From the NCBI RefSeq assembly GCF_009914755.1, contig NC_060925.1: a DNA stretch of 64,000 nt; one strand, 5' to 3'. Both the position numbers and the translations under genes were made by a program. The notes beneath the pieces were generated by a model. It ran no database searches, was not told the origin of the DNA, and worked only from the letters and a program-made list of their open reading frames with translations. How positions within the stretch are numbered: the first letter of the stretch is position 1; each line of letters opens with the position of its first letter. This DNA comes from the human T2T-CHM13v2.0 reference genome, Homo sapiens. Positions 1 through 15,890 of this stretch are shown in pieces.

Positions 1-1062
1 TAGCCAGACGCTCAGAAGTCTAGGGTGACTCTGTTACTTGACTGTGGCAGAGATAGAAGTCCTGGGATGACCTCACATCTAGGGGCTCAGGGGCAAATGT
101 ATTTCTCTTCTTTAAGAAAAAGGCAATATCTGGGGGAAGAAGGGAATGAATGAATTCTATCCCTTTTTTGCCTTTTGCATGTATGGTTGATTTTTTTTTC
201 ATCAAATGTGTGAGGGCTAATGCCACCCAAATTAAGTAAGCAAGAAACTTGGGGAGGCTTAGAAGTACTCAGTAAGTGGGGGTCATATATATATTTTTAA
301 CTTATTCAAGCAGCCTCATGGAGGTACAGTGTTGACAGGCTTTCGTTAAGCATTCTGTCAGTTGGTCATGACTACTACTCCCAAGGCAATTCCAAAACAT
401 AACATTCTGGATAAATAATTAAATAAAGATAAATGCCTACTGGGCCTTGGAGCCACTCCAATGCAGCACACATTGAAGAACAACAACAGATTCTCAAACT
501 CCAGAGAGGCTTGAAGTTCTGAAAGGTTAACTAAATCCCTGAAGCGTAGAGCAAAGCTTTGCTAGTCATGGTCTAGAAAAGCATTCCCCCATGGCGTGAG
601 CTCACCAAACACTGTCGGCTAAACTAACAGCCTCCTTGCCACCACACTCGCAGGCCAAGGGTTCACTGAAGAATTGGATCGCTTTCCTACGGCCATGGAG
701 AGCCAAGCTCTGTCTTCAGGAAAATGATGGCCATGGAGGGGACAGAGGAGCTCATGTGGGCCATTCCCTTGTTCTGTAGGTAAGGGAACTGAGGCCAAGA
801 GAGGGGAATCAATTGCTGGGGGGCATGAGGCCAGGGCAGTTTTGGAACCCCGGCCTCTTTACAACATACCACATGTGACAGCCTACCAAAGTGCCTAGCA
901 CATCAGAAGCACTCAGATATTTGCAAAAGGCATGAGTGGATGACTGAATAAATTCAATGACCACACTCTCTGAATGCCTATATCCTCCTGGCACAGTTTT
1001 AGATTCTGGGAATACTGTGTTGAACAGGACTGACAGTATCCCTGCTCTCACAGAGCTCACAT

Positions 1063-1064
<2 letters not shown>

Positions 1065-1098
<34 letters not shown>
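1065..1098. repeat. (GT)17 microsatellite
   Basis: Perfect GT dinucleotide run read directly. Confidence 0.97.
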
Positions 1099-1103
<5 letters not shown>

Positions 1104-1159
1104 GTGGGGAGGGAGTTAGGGTGATGGAGGATGTATGATGGGAAGTAGAGAAATAATCA

Positions 1160-1405
1160 TAATAACTAGCATTTAGTGAGCACTCACTATGTGCCAGATA
1201 CTGTTCTAAGCACCGTATATAAGCCAAATGCTTCAGGCCTCTCAAACAACATACGCGAGAGGTACTCTTATGGCCCCTGTCTTACAGATAAGGAAACTGA
1301 AGCACAGAGAGGTTAAATCGCTCCTCCAAGGTCACACAGCTGGAAGTGGTAGAGCCAGATTCAAACCCAGGCAGTCTGGATCCAGAGCCCAGACCCTTAT
1401 CCAAA
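1160..1405 (-). mobile_element. MIR SINE, near full length
   Basis: Contains cagataaggaaactgaagcacagagagg...caaggtcacacagct...ttcaaacccaggcagtctgg, the reverse complement of the MIR core and tRNA-derived head. Confidence 0.9.
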
Positions 1406-1679
1406 GACCAAAGGGGCAAATGAATGGTTTTGAGAAAGTGAGTAAATAGATGAGTGAGTAAATGAATGAGCACAATTCTTCATTTGTGAATATTCCATAG
1501 GAAAACAAACACCTTTCTTAAAATTGATTTTGGTAATTACTTGTTTATAAGTAAATTATAAGAAATTCTGTTCACAGAACTCTTTATTTGAAGAAAAATT
1601 AGACACATGTACAAGGTTTCTTTAAGGTTTGTATGTGCAGACTCTTGTGGTGACAGTTTCCAGGTTACAAATGAAAACA

Positions 1680-1885
1680 CCGTGAGTCTGACCACGTGTC
1701 AGGTCCTAAATGTTGTCTATATTCAAACGCATTTAATCCTCATGTCCACCCTAGGAAGCAAGTACTATTTTCATCGTAACTTTACAGATAAGACAATTGA
1801 GGTACAGTAATCTTAATGATCTTTCTCGAAGTCAGGGAGTTAGTAAGTAGCAGAGCTGGGATATAAACAAGGCAACCTTGTTCCA
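1680..1885 (-). mobile_element. MIR SINE
   Basis: Core tttacagataagacaattgaggtacag...gtaagtagcagagctggg. Confidence 0.75.
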
Positions 1886-2048
1886 GAAATTGGGAAGTAC
1901 CCCGACCACGTCTCAGTGTAAGGGCAGTGGTTCTCAACCTGGCTGCACATTCACCTCACCTGGGGAGCTTTCAAAAATGCTGATGCCTCGGCCCCATCCC
2001 AGTTAAATCAGAATCTCTAGGAATGTAGCTTCAGTATTGGTATCTTTT

Positions 2049-2472
2049 TTATTATTTATGTTTTTTAACTGACAAGTGAAAATCACATATGTTTATGGTG
2101 TACAATGTGATGTTTTGATATATGTATACATTGTGGAATGGCTAAATCAAGCTATTTAGCATATGTATTACCTCATATCATTTTTTTGTGGTGCAAACAA
2201 ATCTCTCTTAGCAACTTTTAAATATACAATATTATACAAATTCTTATATATATTATAATATATAATATATATTATATATATTATAATATATAATATATAT
2301 TATATATATTATAATATATAGTATATTATAATTATAATATATTATAATAATATATAATATATATTATTATAAATATACAATATTATACACATTATCAACT
2401 GTAGTCACCATGATGTGCAATAGAGCTCTTGAACTTATTCTTTCTTTCTAACTTAAATTGTATGTCTTTGGT
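2049..2472 (-). mobile_element. L1MA-type (about L1MA7-9) 3' end, 5'-truncated
   Basis: T-rich tail then gtgtacaatgtgatgttttgatatatgtatacattgtggaatggctaaatcaagcta; flanked by TATTGGTATCTTTT repeats. Confidence 0.85.
2239..2369. repeat. AT-only minisatellite (28-bp period) inside the L1MA
   Basis: ttataatata recurs at 2253, 2281 and 2309; bracketed by a 20-bp direct repeat TAAATATACAATATTATACA at 2219 and 2370. Confidence 0.9.
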
Positions 2473-2487
2473 TATTGGTATCTTTTA

Positions 2488-2741
2488 TTTATTTATCTTT
2501 TTGAGACGGACTTGCTCTGTCGCCAGGCTGGAGTGCAGTGGCACGATCTCGGCTCACTGTAACCTCTGACTCCCTGGTTCAAGCGATTATCCTGCCTCAG
2601 CCTCCTGAGTAGCTGGGATGACAGGCATGTGCCACCATCCCCGGCTAATTTTTGTATTTTTAGTAGGGACGGGGTTTCACCACGTTGGCCAGGATGGTCT
2701 CCATCTCCTGACCTCATGATCTGCTTGCCTTGGCCTCCCAA
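2488..2741 (-). mobile_element. AluSc-like, about 40 nt 5'-truncated
   Basis: Alu dimer with the ctgtcgccaggc single-C deletion and gacctcatgatc; 18-bp TSD GGTTATTGGTATCTTTTA at 2470 and 2742. Confidence 0.92.
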
Positions 2742-4409
2742 GGTTATTGGTATCTTTTAAATGCTCCCTTTATAATTCTGATGCAGAGTGAGAGCTCAAA
2801 AATGCTGACGTGGGGAACTGGCTGCAACTGACTTGAATCCCCTCTCTGTTTTGAGCTTTCTACCAAAAGTCAACATCACAGCAATTTCCACCTTCCCAAC
2901 TACATAGTTTCTGTGGCTCTCAGTGACAGTCATTAGCCCATGATGGCAATGTTGGCCCCCTTCTAACAGTTTCTATGGGGTCCTGGAGCCTTTGGTTTTT
3001 CCGAACTACTGAGTCCTCTTAGCACCACCACCTTTAGGAAGAAACAAGCAGAAGCAAATCTGTTACACCGCAAATCACCCTTAATTAACAACAGATCTCT
3101 ATTGTGCCAGGAACTGTACAAGGTGCTTACCATACATTGTCATTAGTCTTCATATCTGGGGTTTTGGAAAGTCAGATCAATAGGATCCCTCCTCTCCCTG
3201 AGTTCTAAGCCAGTTGAGAAAGGCAAAAGAGTCAGGCAGGTGGAGATTAAAATGCTAGCTTTATTACAGATCAAAGTTATTAAAGAATGCAGGGTAGGTG
3301 TGAGGCATCAGTGAGCCTCTGTATACTACACCCCAGAATTAGATGAGCATAACTTTAGCCAGTGGACAGACATATGGGAACCTGGAAGAGAGATGCTGCT
3401 GGTGCTCTAATGCATGTTCATAAACACTGTATAATGTAAGGTATTATTACCATTCAGTGCCAGCACCACGCCTGATTATTATTAAGGCTACCACACTGCA
3501 ACTAACTATGTGCAAAGTCATTTACAAATTTCTCTCAATTTACGTGTATCCAGTCTTTGCAACATATCCCCACACCAATCCCCCAGAAAAGTGAAAGTGA
3601 AGAGATTTTATTGTATTTCCATCTTTTATACTGTACTTACGGGCGCCATATGCAAGACACATGTGAAAGGCATAGCTATAGCACACCCCACATGGGCATT
3701 GCAAGCCATTTACATTAGGTTTTCCCGTTACTGTAGCTGCAGGCACATAAAATGTTTATTACTGTTATATTGCCATTGCTTACCTTCTACATATACCTGC
3801 CGCTGAGCATCTGGTCTTCTGCTGAAAAGAATAGGAACATGTTGATGTTTTCCCTGGAACTCCAGTTTTTTTACTTTAATAGTCCCTGGTTGTCCTTGGC
3901 CTTCTACCCTAGCCAGTTCCAGAGTCTAGACAGAGTAACCTTGGTATTAGCTGAACAAAAATTCGTGGCAAAGACTGCCCTTTGCTTAAACAATCAAACA
4001 AAATCGGGCCTTTCCAATACCTAGGTAATCACTTTCCAAAGGGAAGTCCACGAAGATTCCCCAGTTTACTAAGGAGATGGTAATTGCACCCCATATCAGT
4101 CCATCGTCTCCCACCCTGAGCTACTATACAGATCATCAGCCCCATTGCTGATGCCCTCACTGTTGGTCATTTGCCTGATGCGCAACCTCTCAGTTACCTA
4201 ATCAATGTCTTCAGAGACCTTAAACTGACATCTCTGTGCATTAGGTTAAATAACAAAATAAAAGTTAAACACGGTAACGGGCGATCATATATCCAGCATA
4301 TTAAAAAGCTGCCTGGACTTAGACTGAGCTGGGTGTGAGGACTGGCTGTCACTTATCAGCTTTGGTCACATCATCTGACCTCTTGGTCCTTTTCTACAAA
4401 TTGCAGACA

Positions 4410-4655
4410 GTTCATGTATGGTTAAGAGGTTGGGCCCTGAAGTCAATCAGACCTGGGTGTCAACCTCAACTCTGTCATTTATCAGCTGTGTGACCTTGGG
4501 CAACTTACAAATCCATTTTATGCCTTCAATTATTCATCTACAAAAGAGAAACCTCCTACACAGAGTGACTGTGAGGATCAAGCATGATGTTCATAAAGCA
4601 CCCAGCAGAGTGCCCAGCCCACAGTAGGTGCTCCATGCAAGGTACTGATCATTAT
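4410..4655 (+). mobile_element. MIR SINE
   Basis: ggttaagag...cagacctggg...agctgtgtgaccttgggcaac. Confidence 0.85.
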
Positions 4656-4679
4656 CGTAAAGTGAGAAAGCCTTGAGAA

Positions 4680-5120
4680 GACACCGGTCATCTACTAGGA
4701 TTGAGAAATTAGCTGCCAATGAGTGGTACTGACCACTGGTAATTTCAGAGCTGAGGGGCAAGAGTGATCTCTGTGGCAAGAGATACAGTGAGCTGGCTTG
4801 TGAAGAAGGCCTAGAGTTGGAAAGATGCAGGGTAGAGAGGAATGGCTTAATCAAGGGCAAGGAAGCAGGAATGTGCATGGGGTAATTTATGAATAGTCAC
4901 TGCAGCATCTGTTGGATCAAAAGGGTCACATGGGGTGGGGCAAGGAAGAGAAAAATGGGTAGCAGGAAATGGGGTTGGGAAGGAATACTGGGAAAAATTG
5001 TGAAAGCCCTTCCAGAATAATGAGTTTGCCTAATCCCAAGGCAATGGAATATAGCTGAATGTTTTTGAGTAGTAAGAAGGCATGATTAAAGAAAGATTAT
5101 CCTCATAATCATGGGAAGAT
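4680..5120 (-). mobile_element. L2 fragment
   Basis: Degenerate purine-rich L2 3' region (gtgaaagccc...aaggcaatggaa...gtttttgagtag...ggcatgatt). Confidence 0.5.
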
Positions 5121-5789
5121 GGAATGCATATCTTGGAGGTTCTTCTTTTCTATATTATCTGTGAACAAGACTATTGAAATTTCATTGGAGTTTGGACCTT
5201 AATAATGATTTATAAAAAAATCATTTTCCGATTTTTGTCCATAACCTAGTAAATCATTAAATCCTACTATAGCTAACATTTATATAACTCTTCATTGTTA
5301 ATATGATATTGAGTAGCCCATAAATAGTGGTCATTAAATAATAAAATCCCAGGATGCTTTTGCCATGGGGGGTTGCCTAACAGGACCTTAAAAAATAACT
5401 GAGAGGTGACAACTTTGAGGTAATGAGTCATATTCTTTTGGAGTAGTGTTTTACTCTAGTTTTCCATTACTGACAAAAATCAGAGAATAATAAATTGGGT
5501 ACTGCAAGAATTAGAATTACAGGACATAATTTATAAAAATTTGTACTCTGAACTTGGGAAAATTTCAGACAACTTGAAAGTTATCTAAAATAATTGTATG
5601 GATCCACCACCCAGGAGACAACATTTTCAAATCTTACCTATGTGAAACAGAGAAAGGCAATTAGAAGAGACCATGTAACCACAATTACAAAAGAGAGGAT
5701 CTAGACAGAATAGTGTTCTATTGAGGAGAGATCAGTCAATACCAGAACCAGAATGCATATTATTTGTAGACAGTAATATTGACAATAGC

Positions 5790-5980
5790 AAAAGCTACTA
5801 TTTACTGAGCACTTCTATAAGCTAGGGTCATAAGAAGCTTTTAGTCTTAGTTCACTCTCATAACAACCTATTTTCTGAATCTTACAGATGAGGAAATTAA
5901 GGTTTAGTGTGACTTAATAATGTGTCCAAAGTCGCACAGCTAATGAATGCGGGACTGAACTGGAATTTAAAGGCAGTTCC
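5790..5980 (-). mobile_element. MIR SINE; its head continues at about 7714-7750 after the L1 insertion
   Basis: ttacagatgaggaaattaagg...ccaaagtcgcacagctaa; continuation ctggcctccaaactcatgctctttctact. Confidence 0.8.
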
Positions 5981-5983
5981 CAT

Positions 5984-7145
5984 ATCAAGTTAAAAACCTC
6001 TGCACGGCAAAGGAAACAATCAACAAAGTGAAGAGACAACCCATGAAATGGGAGAAAATATTTGCAAACTAAACTACCCATCTGGCAAGAGATTAACAAC
6101 CAGGTTATATAAGGAACTCAAACAACTCTATAGGAAAACATCTAATGACCTGGTCAAAAAATGGGCAAAAGATTTGAATAGATATTTCTCCAAAGAAGAC
6201 ATACAAATGGCAAACAGCAATATGAAAAAGTGCTCAACATCATTGATCATCAGAGAAATGCAAATCAAAACTACAATGAGATATCATCTCACCCCGGTTA
6301 AAATGGCTTTTATCCAAAAGACAGGCAATAACAAATGCAGGCAAGGATGTGAAGAAAAGGGAACTTTAGTACACTGTTGGTAGGAATTTAAATTAGTATG
6401 ACCACTATAGAGAACAGTCTGGAGGTTTCTCAAAAAACTAAAAATTGAACTACAGTACGATCCAGCAATCCCACTGCTGAGTATATACCCAGAATAAAGG
6501 AAATCAGTGCGTTGAAGAGATACCTGCACTCCCACGTTTGTTGCGGCACTGTTCACAATAGTCAAGATGTAGAGGCAACCTAAGTGTCCATCAACAGATG
6601 AATGGATAAAGAAAATGTGGTACAGATACACAATGGAGTACCGTTCAGTCATAAAAAAGAATGAGATCCTATCATTTGCAACAACATGGATGGATTGTTA
6701 AGTGAAATAAGCCAGGGACAGAAAGACAAACACTGCATGTTCTCACTTATTTGTGGGAGCTAAAAATCAAAGCAATTGAACTTATGTAGTCAGAAAGTAA
6801 AAGGATGGTTACCAAAGGCTGGGAAGGGTTGTGGAGGAGGGTGGGTAGAGGTAGGGATGGTTAATGGGTACAAAAAAATAGATAGACTGAATAAGACCAG
6901 TATTTGATAGCAAAACAAGGTGACTGTAGTTAGTAATAATTTAATTGCACATTTTAAAATAACTACAAGAGTATAGTTAAATTGTTTGTAACACAAAGGA
7001 TGAACGCTTGAAGAGAGGGACACTCCATTTTACAGGATGTGATTATTTCTCATTACAGGCCTGTATCAAAACATCTCATGTACCCTGTAAATATATACAC
7101 CTACTATGTATGCACAAAAATTAAAATAAAATACTAAAGAAAAAA
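5984..7145 (+). mobile_element. L1MA (about L1MA1-3) 3' part: ORF2 C-terminal relic plus 3' UTR
   Basis: ORF 6048-6383 has L1 ORF2 motifs ([42 protein letters not shown]); 3' end catctcatgtaccctgtaaatatatacacctactatgt plus A-rich tail. Confidence 0.95.
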
Positions 7146-7216
7146 GCAGTGAGAAGTAATAGGAAGAAACCAATTCAAATCTATCCTAGAAAGATAGGAG
7201 TTGGTTCAGCTTCTTT

Positions 7217-7529
<313 letters not shown>

Positions 7530-8774
7530 AGCTTCTTTACTCCCTAGTTTGCTCATGAAATGAAGGTAGCAACATGAAGATAAATTGTTTCAATAATGAT
7601 AAGCAGGCAGTATGAAGAAATGGGGAGTTTGAGGGAAATTGTACACTATTTCATTTGAATGATAAATAAAAATTTGTATTAATGTAAAAATAAATAAAAA
7701 AGGCAGATTCCATCTGGCCTCCAAACTCATGCTCTTTCTACTGTACCCATAGAATGTGCAAGCGCTCACAAACACCCACACACTTCCTAAAGTTGAGTAA
7801 ATGAAATGATAATTATCATGTTCTAATGAGTCATGGATAATTACCTATTGATTTTTGTTATTTTCCTTATAAGGTCTTAAGTTTACAGAATCAGTCATTG
7901 TTAAGAAGATTTAAGTTGTATGGATCCAGGTGTTAGTTAGCAGGCACTGTCCTGGTATTCAGGAGGGGAGGCCAGGTGAGATGCAACCCCATGAGAAGGA
8001 GGCCAGAGTTGACGACTTGACTTAGTTCTTCTTGTGCTCTTACTCACTTGGTCTTCACCATAACCCTGTGTGGTCATTAGTGTAGGTATTACTATTCTCA
8101 TTTTTCATGGAGAACTTAAGTCCTAGAGAGATTATTGACTTTTCCAAGGCCATACAGCTGGTATGTGGCCGGGTTGGAATTCACATCCTGTTTTCTTACT
8201 CCAGATCTGGTCTCCTCCCATGACAACCTGGCTGCTTCTAAAAGGCACATTAACTTGGTATTTAAAATAGGCAACCTGGGTTTAAATCCAAGCAGTACTC
8301 TGGCAGTGGTATTAAATCCAACTGATCCTCAGATTTCCCATTCATAAAAATATGGATAACAGATTGATGTGAAGATTAGATGAACAAAAGGAAAACACAG
8401 TTCAATATTACTTTAGTCACATCTACTAGATCCTGAGCTTTCCGCAGATAATTATTAATGCAAAAGGATTTGTTAAGCACCCACTATGTGCCAGGCACCA
8501 GAAGCACAAAGATAACAGTGTCTTATTCATCTTTGAATTTGTAGTGCTGAGCACAAGGTCAGGCAATTGCAGGAACTCAGTAAATTTGATATAAATGAAA
8601 TGGATAAAAGTAAATGGATAAATAAATTAAACATAGATGAGAAAAAGAAATTTTTAGCCTTGTATATAAAAATTCATTCACTCAACAAAAATTGAGTCTC
8701 TACTATGTGCACTATTCTGGGCGCTGTGGAAGACACAGGAATAAACAAAATATATTATATACCCTCAAAGAACA

Positions 8775-8990
8775 GCATGATGTACTGGTAAGAACATGAG
8801 ATTTGGAGTCGGAAGACCTATATCTTCGATATCGTTTCTGCTGCTTACTAGCTTAGTAAGTTTGAACAAATTTCTGAGCCTCAGCTTTCCTATCTGTTAT
8901 GTGAGGATAATCATACTGACCTTTCATGATTATTGAGAGGAATAGTATTTGCAAAAGTGCTTTGAGAATTGCTATATAATGCTTTTATTA
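8775..8990 (+). mobile_element. MIR SINE
   Basis: tggagtcggaagacct...cttactagct...tctgagcctcagctttcctatctg. Confidence 0.75.
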
Positions 8991-9466
8991 TTGTGTAAAT
9001 ATCCCCCAAACATTTGCTATTAGTGATATCAAATCCAAGTTTATTGGGAGTACCTAAAGAATTACTTTAATTCCCTGCTTTGCTTTGGCGGTGAAACTTG
9101 GCTGAAGGTTGGCAGTGATAGGATGAACGTGATTGTTATTATCATCAGTTGCTTTTTTCTTCCCTGGAATCCACTCAAGCTAATCACAGAAGCAGTTGCT
9201 TTAAAGGGTTTGCTAAATAAAAGGAGAAGCACTCACTAATCAAACGTAAAGAACCAGTAACAAGTTTGAGTCCTGGTATCTAGTGGTAAGTAATAAGTTG
9301 TAAGTTGGTTTTGGCTTTAAATAACATTGGGCTACAGCATTTCTGTGTCTTTTTGCCTTTCTGATTTGGGGTTAAGCCAACTAATATTTGTCAGCCAGCC
9401 TCCATGTTCTAGACTAGGGACTGCTCACGTGATTAAGCCATGATCCCTATCCTCAAGGAGTATGCA

Positions 9467-9981
9467 TGCATTAGGGTTCTCTGGAGAAACAGAACTAATA
9501 TTATACTTATATTTATACATATATATATGTATGGGGATTTATTTGGGGAATTGGCACTCAATTATGGAGGCCAAGAAATCCTACAATCTGCCATCTGTGA
9601 GCTGCAGAACGAGGAAAGCTATTGGTGTAATTCAGTCCAAGTCCAGAGGTCTGAAAACTAGGGGAGCTGATGATATAAGGCCTGATCTGAGTCTGAAGAC
9701 TGAGAAGCAGGAGTGCTGATGACGTCCAAGGGCAGGAGAAGAGAGACGTCCCAGCTCAAAGAGATAGAAGATTCAGGCTTCCTCTACCTTTTGTTCTATT
9801 CAGGCTACCAGTGGGTTGAATGATGCCCGTGCACATTGGGGACGGCAATGTAGTGAGTCTACCAATCCAAATGCTAATCTCTTCCAGGACCACCCTCACA
9901 GGCACACCCAGAAATCATGTTTTACCAGCTATCTGGGTATCCCTAGCCCAGTCAAGTTGACATATAAAAGTAACCATCACA
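9467..9981 (-). mobile_element. MLT2 (ERVL) solo LTR
   Basis: Ends tgcattagggttctctggagaaacagaac...ccagtcaagttgacatataaaagtaaccatcaca; 5-bp TSD ATGCA at 9462 and 9982. Confidence 0.92.
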
Positions 9982-9989
9982 ATGCATGT

Positions 9990-10485
9990 GATTCAGACAT
10001 GGATATAAATAATTACAATACAGTCTGAACACCTTATAATAGAAGTATAAATAAATAATCATAGCAAAAAAGAGGTGCAACTGACCAGCTTTGCCATGAA
10101 AAACAGGGAAGCTTTTATAGAGGAGGTGACATCTGAAAGGGCCTTGATGTAAGAATAGAAGTTCACCAGATAGTGGCGGGAGAAGGACATCCCAGAGAGA
10201 GAAAACAGCACATGCAGAGAGAAAGAGAATGTAAAGAGAGATAGGGAGGGTAGGCACTCATGGCATGTTTGAAGAGTGAACATTATTTTAGTACAGTTGA
10301 AGTGTAGGTTGTATGACAAGCAGTGGCTCGAGATGAGGCTAGAAAGGTAAGTTAGGACTAAATTATGGTGGGCCTTAAAAGCCATACTGAGGATTTGGGG
10401 CTCTAGCTTATGGATCATACATCTTTAGCACCTAACAGAGTTCCTGGAACATAGTAGATCCTCAATAAATATTTGTTGAGTTTGT
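9990..10485. mobile_element. L2 fragments (minus-strand body, then a plus-strand 3' tail at about 10420-10485)
   Basis: gaggaggtgacatctgaa...gccatactgaggatttgggg; tail catagtagatcctcaataaatatttgttga. Confidence 0.7.
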
Positions 10486-10583
10486 TGTAGTAATTGAAAT
10501 GGTTTCCCATTTATCCAAACACCCAACTCTCCAGCCTTTTAGCCTTTGAAAGAAGGAAAAATGTATAGGGAAAAAGAAGCGGC

Positions 10584-11122
<539 letters not shown>

Positions 11123-11905
11123 TTAGACCTGGCAAAAGTTACTCACATTTAGGGCAAACCTGAGGCCATTCAAGGGAAGGTAAGGGTCTCAGGGGTGGAG
11201 GGGAGGGGGGTGGGGCATTACACATGGAGATAGGGAACCTGACAGCCCAGGATGACTGATTCCCATTTTCCAGGGCAGTGAGAGCCTTGCTAACACTGGC
11301 AAATGATTGCCATTTCCCTTGTCAGGCAGTGACAGGAGTTAGTTGACCTGAAAATTCACTAATAGTTCCATTAGAGAGGCCTTGGAAGTAGCCATCTTTT
11401 TACTCATCCTGGTCAATTAACAATGAATTAATGCCAGATGTATTTTCAATTGAGCTGAATGCTGATTTCCCCCCATTTTACTAAAAATAGCCCTTTATAG
11501 AGGGACAGCTAACCAGGAAATATCCTGCTTTTCTTCCCAAGTCTGTTCTGGAGCATTTCTGAACCAATGTTGGCTCTCGGCAATGAGATAGTATGTCAAA
11601 CCCTGAATTCGAGATAGGATACCCAGGTTTAAGTACCAGCGTCCTCCGACACCAGCTTCATGTTCTTCAACAAATAACTGAAACTTTCTGAAGCTCAGTG
11701 TTTTCACATGTAAATTGAAAAGGCAGGGATGAATCTTAGTCCCTTTCAGCAATAAAATGTTAGGAGACCATTTTAACGTGGTTTTGGGCACGTTGGTGCA
11801 ATGGCAGGTTGGACCTGGGGGTGGGGAAGGGGCGCTGAGTTTCTCCCATGCACTCTGAACTAGGAGTCAGGATACTGGGGTCAAGTCCTGATCCTTGTTC
11901 TTGTT

Positions 11906-12125
11906 CAGTGGTTCCCTACTTGGGGAGGTAGGTGGATGCAGGATACGAGGTGTGGTATTTGGTCATGTCTAGAGACATTTTTGGTTGTCACCACTGGGGG
12001 GTGCTACTGGTATCTAGTGGGTAGAGGCCAAGGATGCTGCCCAACATCCCATAATGCACAGGACAGGTCCCCTGACAAACAATTGTTAGGCCCCAAATGT
12101 CAGTAGTGTCAAGACAGAAAACCTG
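11906..12125 (+). mobile_element. MER20 hAT-Charlie element
   Basis: gagacatttttggttgtcac...ggtgctactggtatctagtgggtagaggccaaggatgctgc matches the MER20 core. Confidence 0.92.
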
Positions 12126-13161
12126 CTTCAGTGTCTTAGTTTGTAAAATAGGGATGATAATAAAACCTGCCTCTTTCTATCATCTCACAAGGTTGACAAC
12201 CAAATCAGGTAACAAATCAAAGGCGCCTTGAAACTTAAAAGTACTTTAAAATGGGGGAATAATATCTTCATTATTAACCCACTTTTGCTACTCCGTGAGC
12301 CACTTCATTGGTGTCTATTCTCTTATTCCTCTCTTGGACATAGAGTCCAATTGCTTCTCCAGCCTGTGGCAATGACTTCTGTACTTGACCTCTAGGAGGT
12401 ATGACTCATAGCCTTCAAACTCAAACATGCATGATAGATCCTTTATGTTTTCATTAATAAGGTATATTTCTGTTACAATCCTCCATCTGTCAGGGGTCAA
12501 ACTCTTAATCTTGGACAGTACAGAATTCCTCTTCGTGTTTCCTTGAGGTTGCATTCTTGTTCCAGGGGTTTATGTAGGAGTAAGGCCCTGCAGCTGGAGA
12601 GGGGACTGTCATATTCTCGGTAGTCACCTATCTATACTAGCATTCACTGAAATGTCATCGCTTGTCGGGTCATCTACCCATCCAGATCACTGCAGGGTCC
12701 TCCTGCAGGACCACTGTTTCTCAGAGCAGGAAGAGGGCATTTTGCTGCTCTCTTGTAGCGCCCTCTATGTAGTTATCTCCCATCTATCTGCCAGATGCCC
12801 ATTCAGCTGAGTCTACCTACTGTTTCATGTCATCTGAGGTCTGAACTCTCCACTACTGGCAAATTGAGCACAGGTTATCTCTGCTTTTGAATTCCCCCCA
12901 AACCTATCTGGGGTTTCCATTCCCCCTCCCTCCAGAGTTTCTGCCTTGGGGAGGTGGGTGGCAGGGCAGAGGCCCATTCTCTAGGGCACACATCCTTGTT
13001 GAATGCTCTTGCCTGACCATGGAATCTCTCTCCTCTAGTCCATCCAGTTTGCCTAACTCAGCTTATTCTAATTACCTTTATCACAACCCCTCTTTTGCAA
13101 CCCCTAAGAATTTTGCTACTCCAAAGACTAAACTTTTGAAATTCAAACAACTTTTTTCCTC

Positions 13162-14306
<1,145 letters not shown>

Positions 14307-14759
14307 CCTTTTTTCCTCTTTTCTTCTGCAGCCAACCTTACTTAACAATCTGGTTGGATGAGGAAGAGGTATCACGGAAAATAATGAAATAGCTAAAAAA
14401 AAAATACAGTTAATATATGAAAATATTATCTTATCCCAGACCTACCAAACAGATTTTCTTTGTCTTTTCCTCGGAAAAGCAGAATCACCATGGTGATGTA
14501 GAATCTAATTGTCAAAGGAAAAAGTCAATCAGGATCAATTCATTGCAAGCTTATTGTATCCTTTATTCCAATTTTCTAATCTAAATTTGGATCCCTGGCC
14601 AAATCTCTGTTTTTCTCTTTCTTTCTCTCCCTTTCTCTCTCCTTCCCTCCCTGCCCCACCTCCCTCTTTCTCTCTTTTAAGATTTACCTAATTAGGAGCG
14701 ACTAATAGTGGTCACCATTTTTCCAGTTTTTGAGTACATCATTAGTAGAGTAATATACA

Positions 14760-15890
<1,131 letters not shown>

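Larger units (their letters stand above)
1925..2808. mobile_element. MER5-type hAT-Charlie MITE split by L1 and Alu insertions (pieces about 1925-2048 and 2760-2808)
   Basis: Starts cagtggttctcaacctggctgcacatt...ggggagcttt, contains aatcagaatctct, and resumes after the Alu with taaatgctccc...attctgatgcag. Confidence 0.75.

Noticed and set aside
880-1010. Tail-to-tail L2 ends, the configuration that gave rise to miR-28/miR-151 (an inverted L2 pair also occurs at about 50600-50700)
   Set aside because: Arms too diverged to form a miRNA-like stem and no known mature miRNA recognised.
3455-3475. CAGCACCACG, resembling a REST/RE1 left half
   Set aside because: Right half GGACAG is absent.
6048-6652. 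ORFs of 111 and 122 aa
   Set aside because: Sense and antisense readings of the decayed L1 ORF2 3' end; not a host gene.
12750-12772. CTCF-like word (minus strand CATAGAGGGCGCTA)
   Set aside because: Only the 3' half of the core matches; the 5' CCAC/G module is missing, so it cannot be called without ChIP data.
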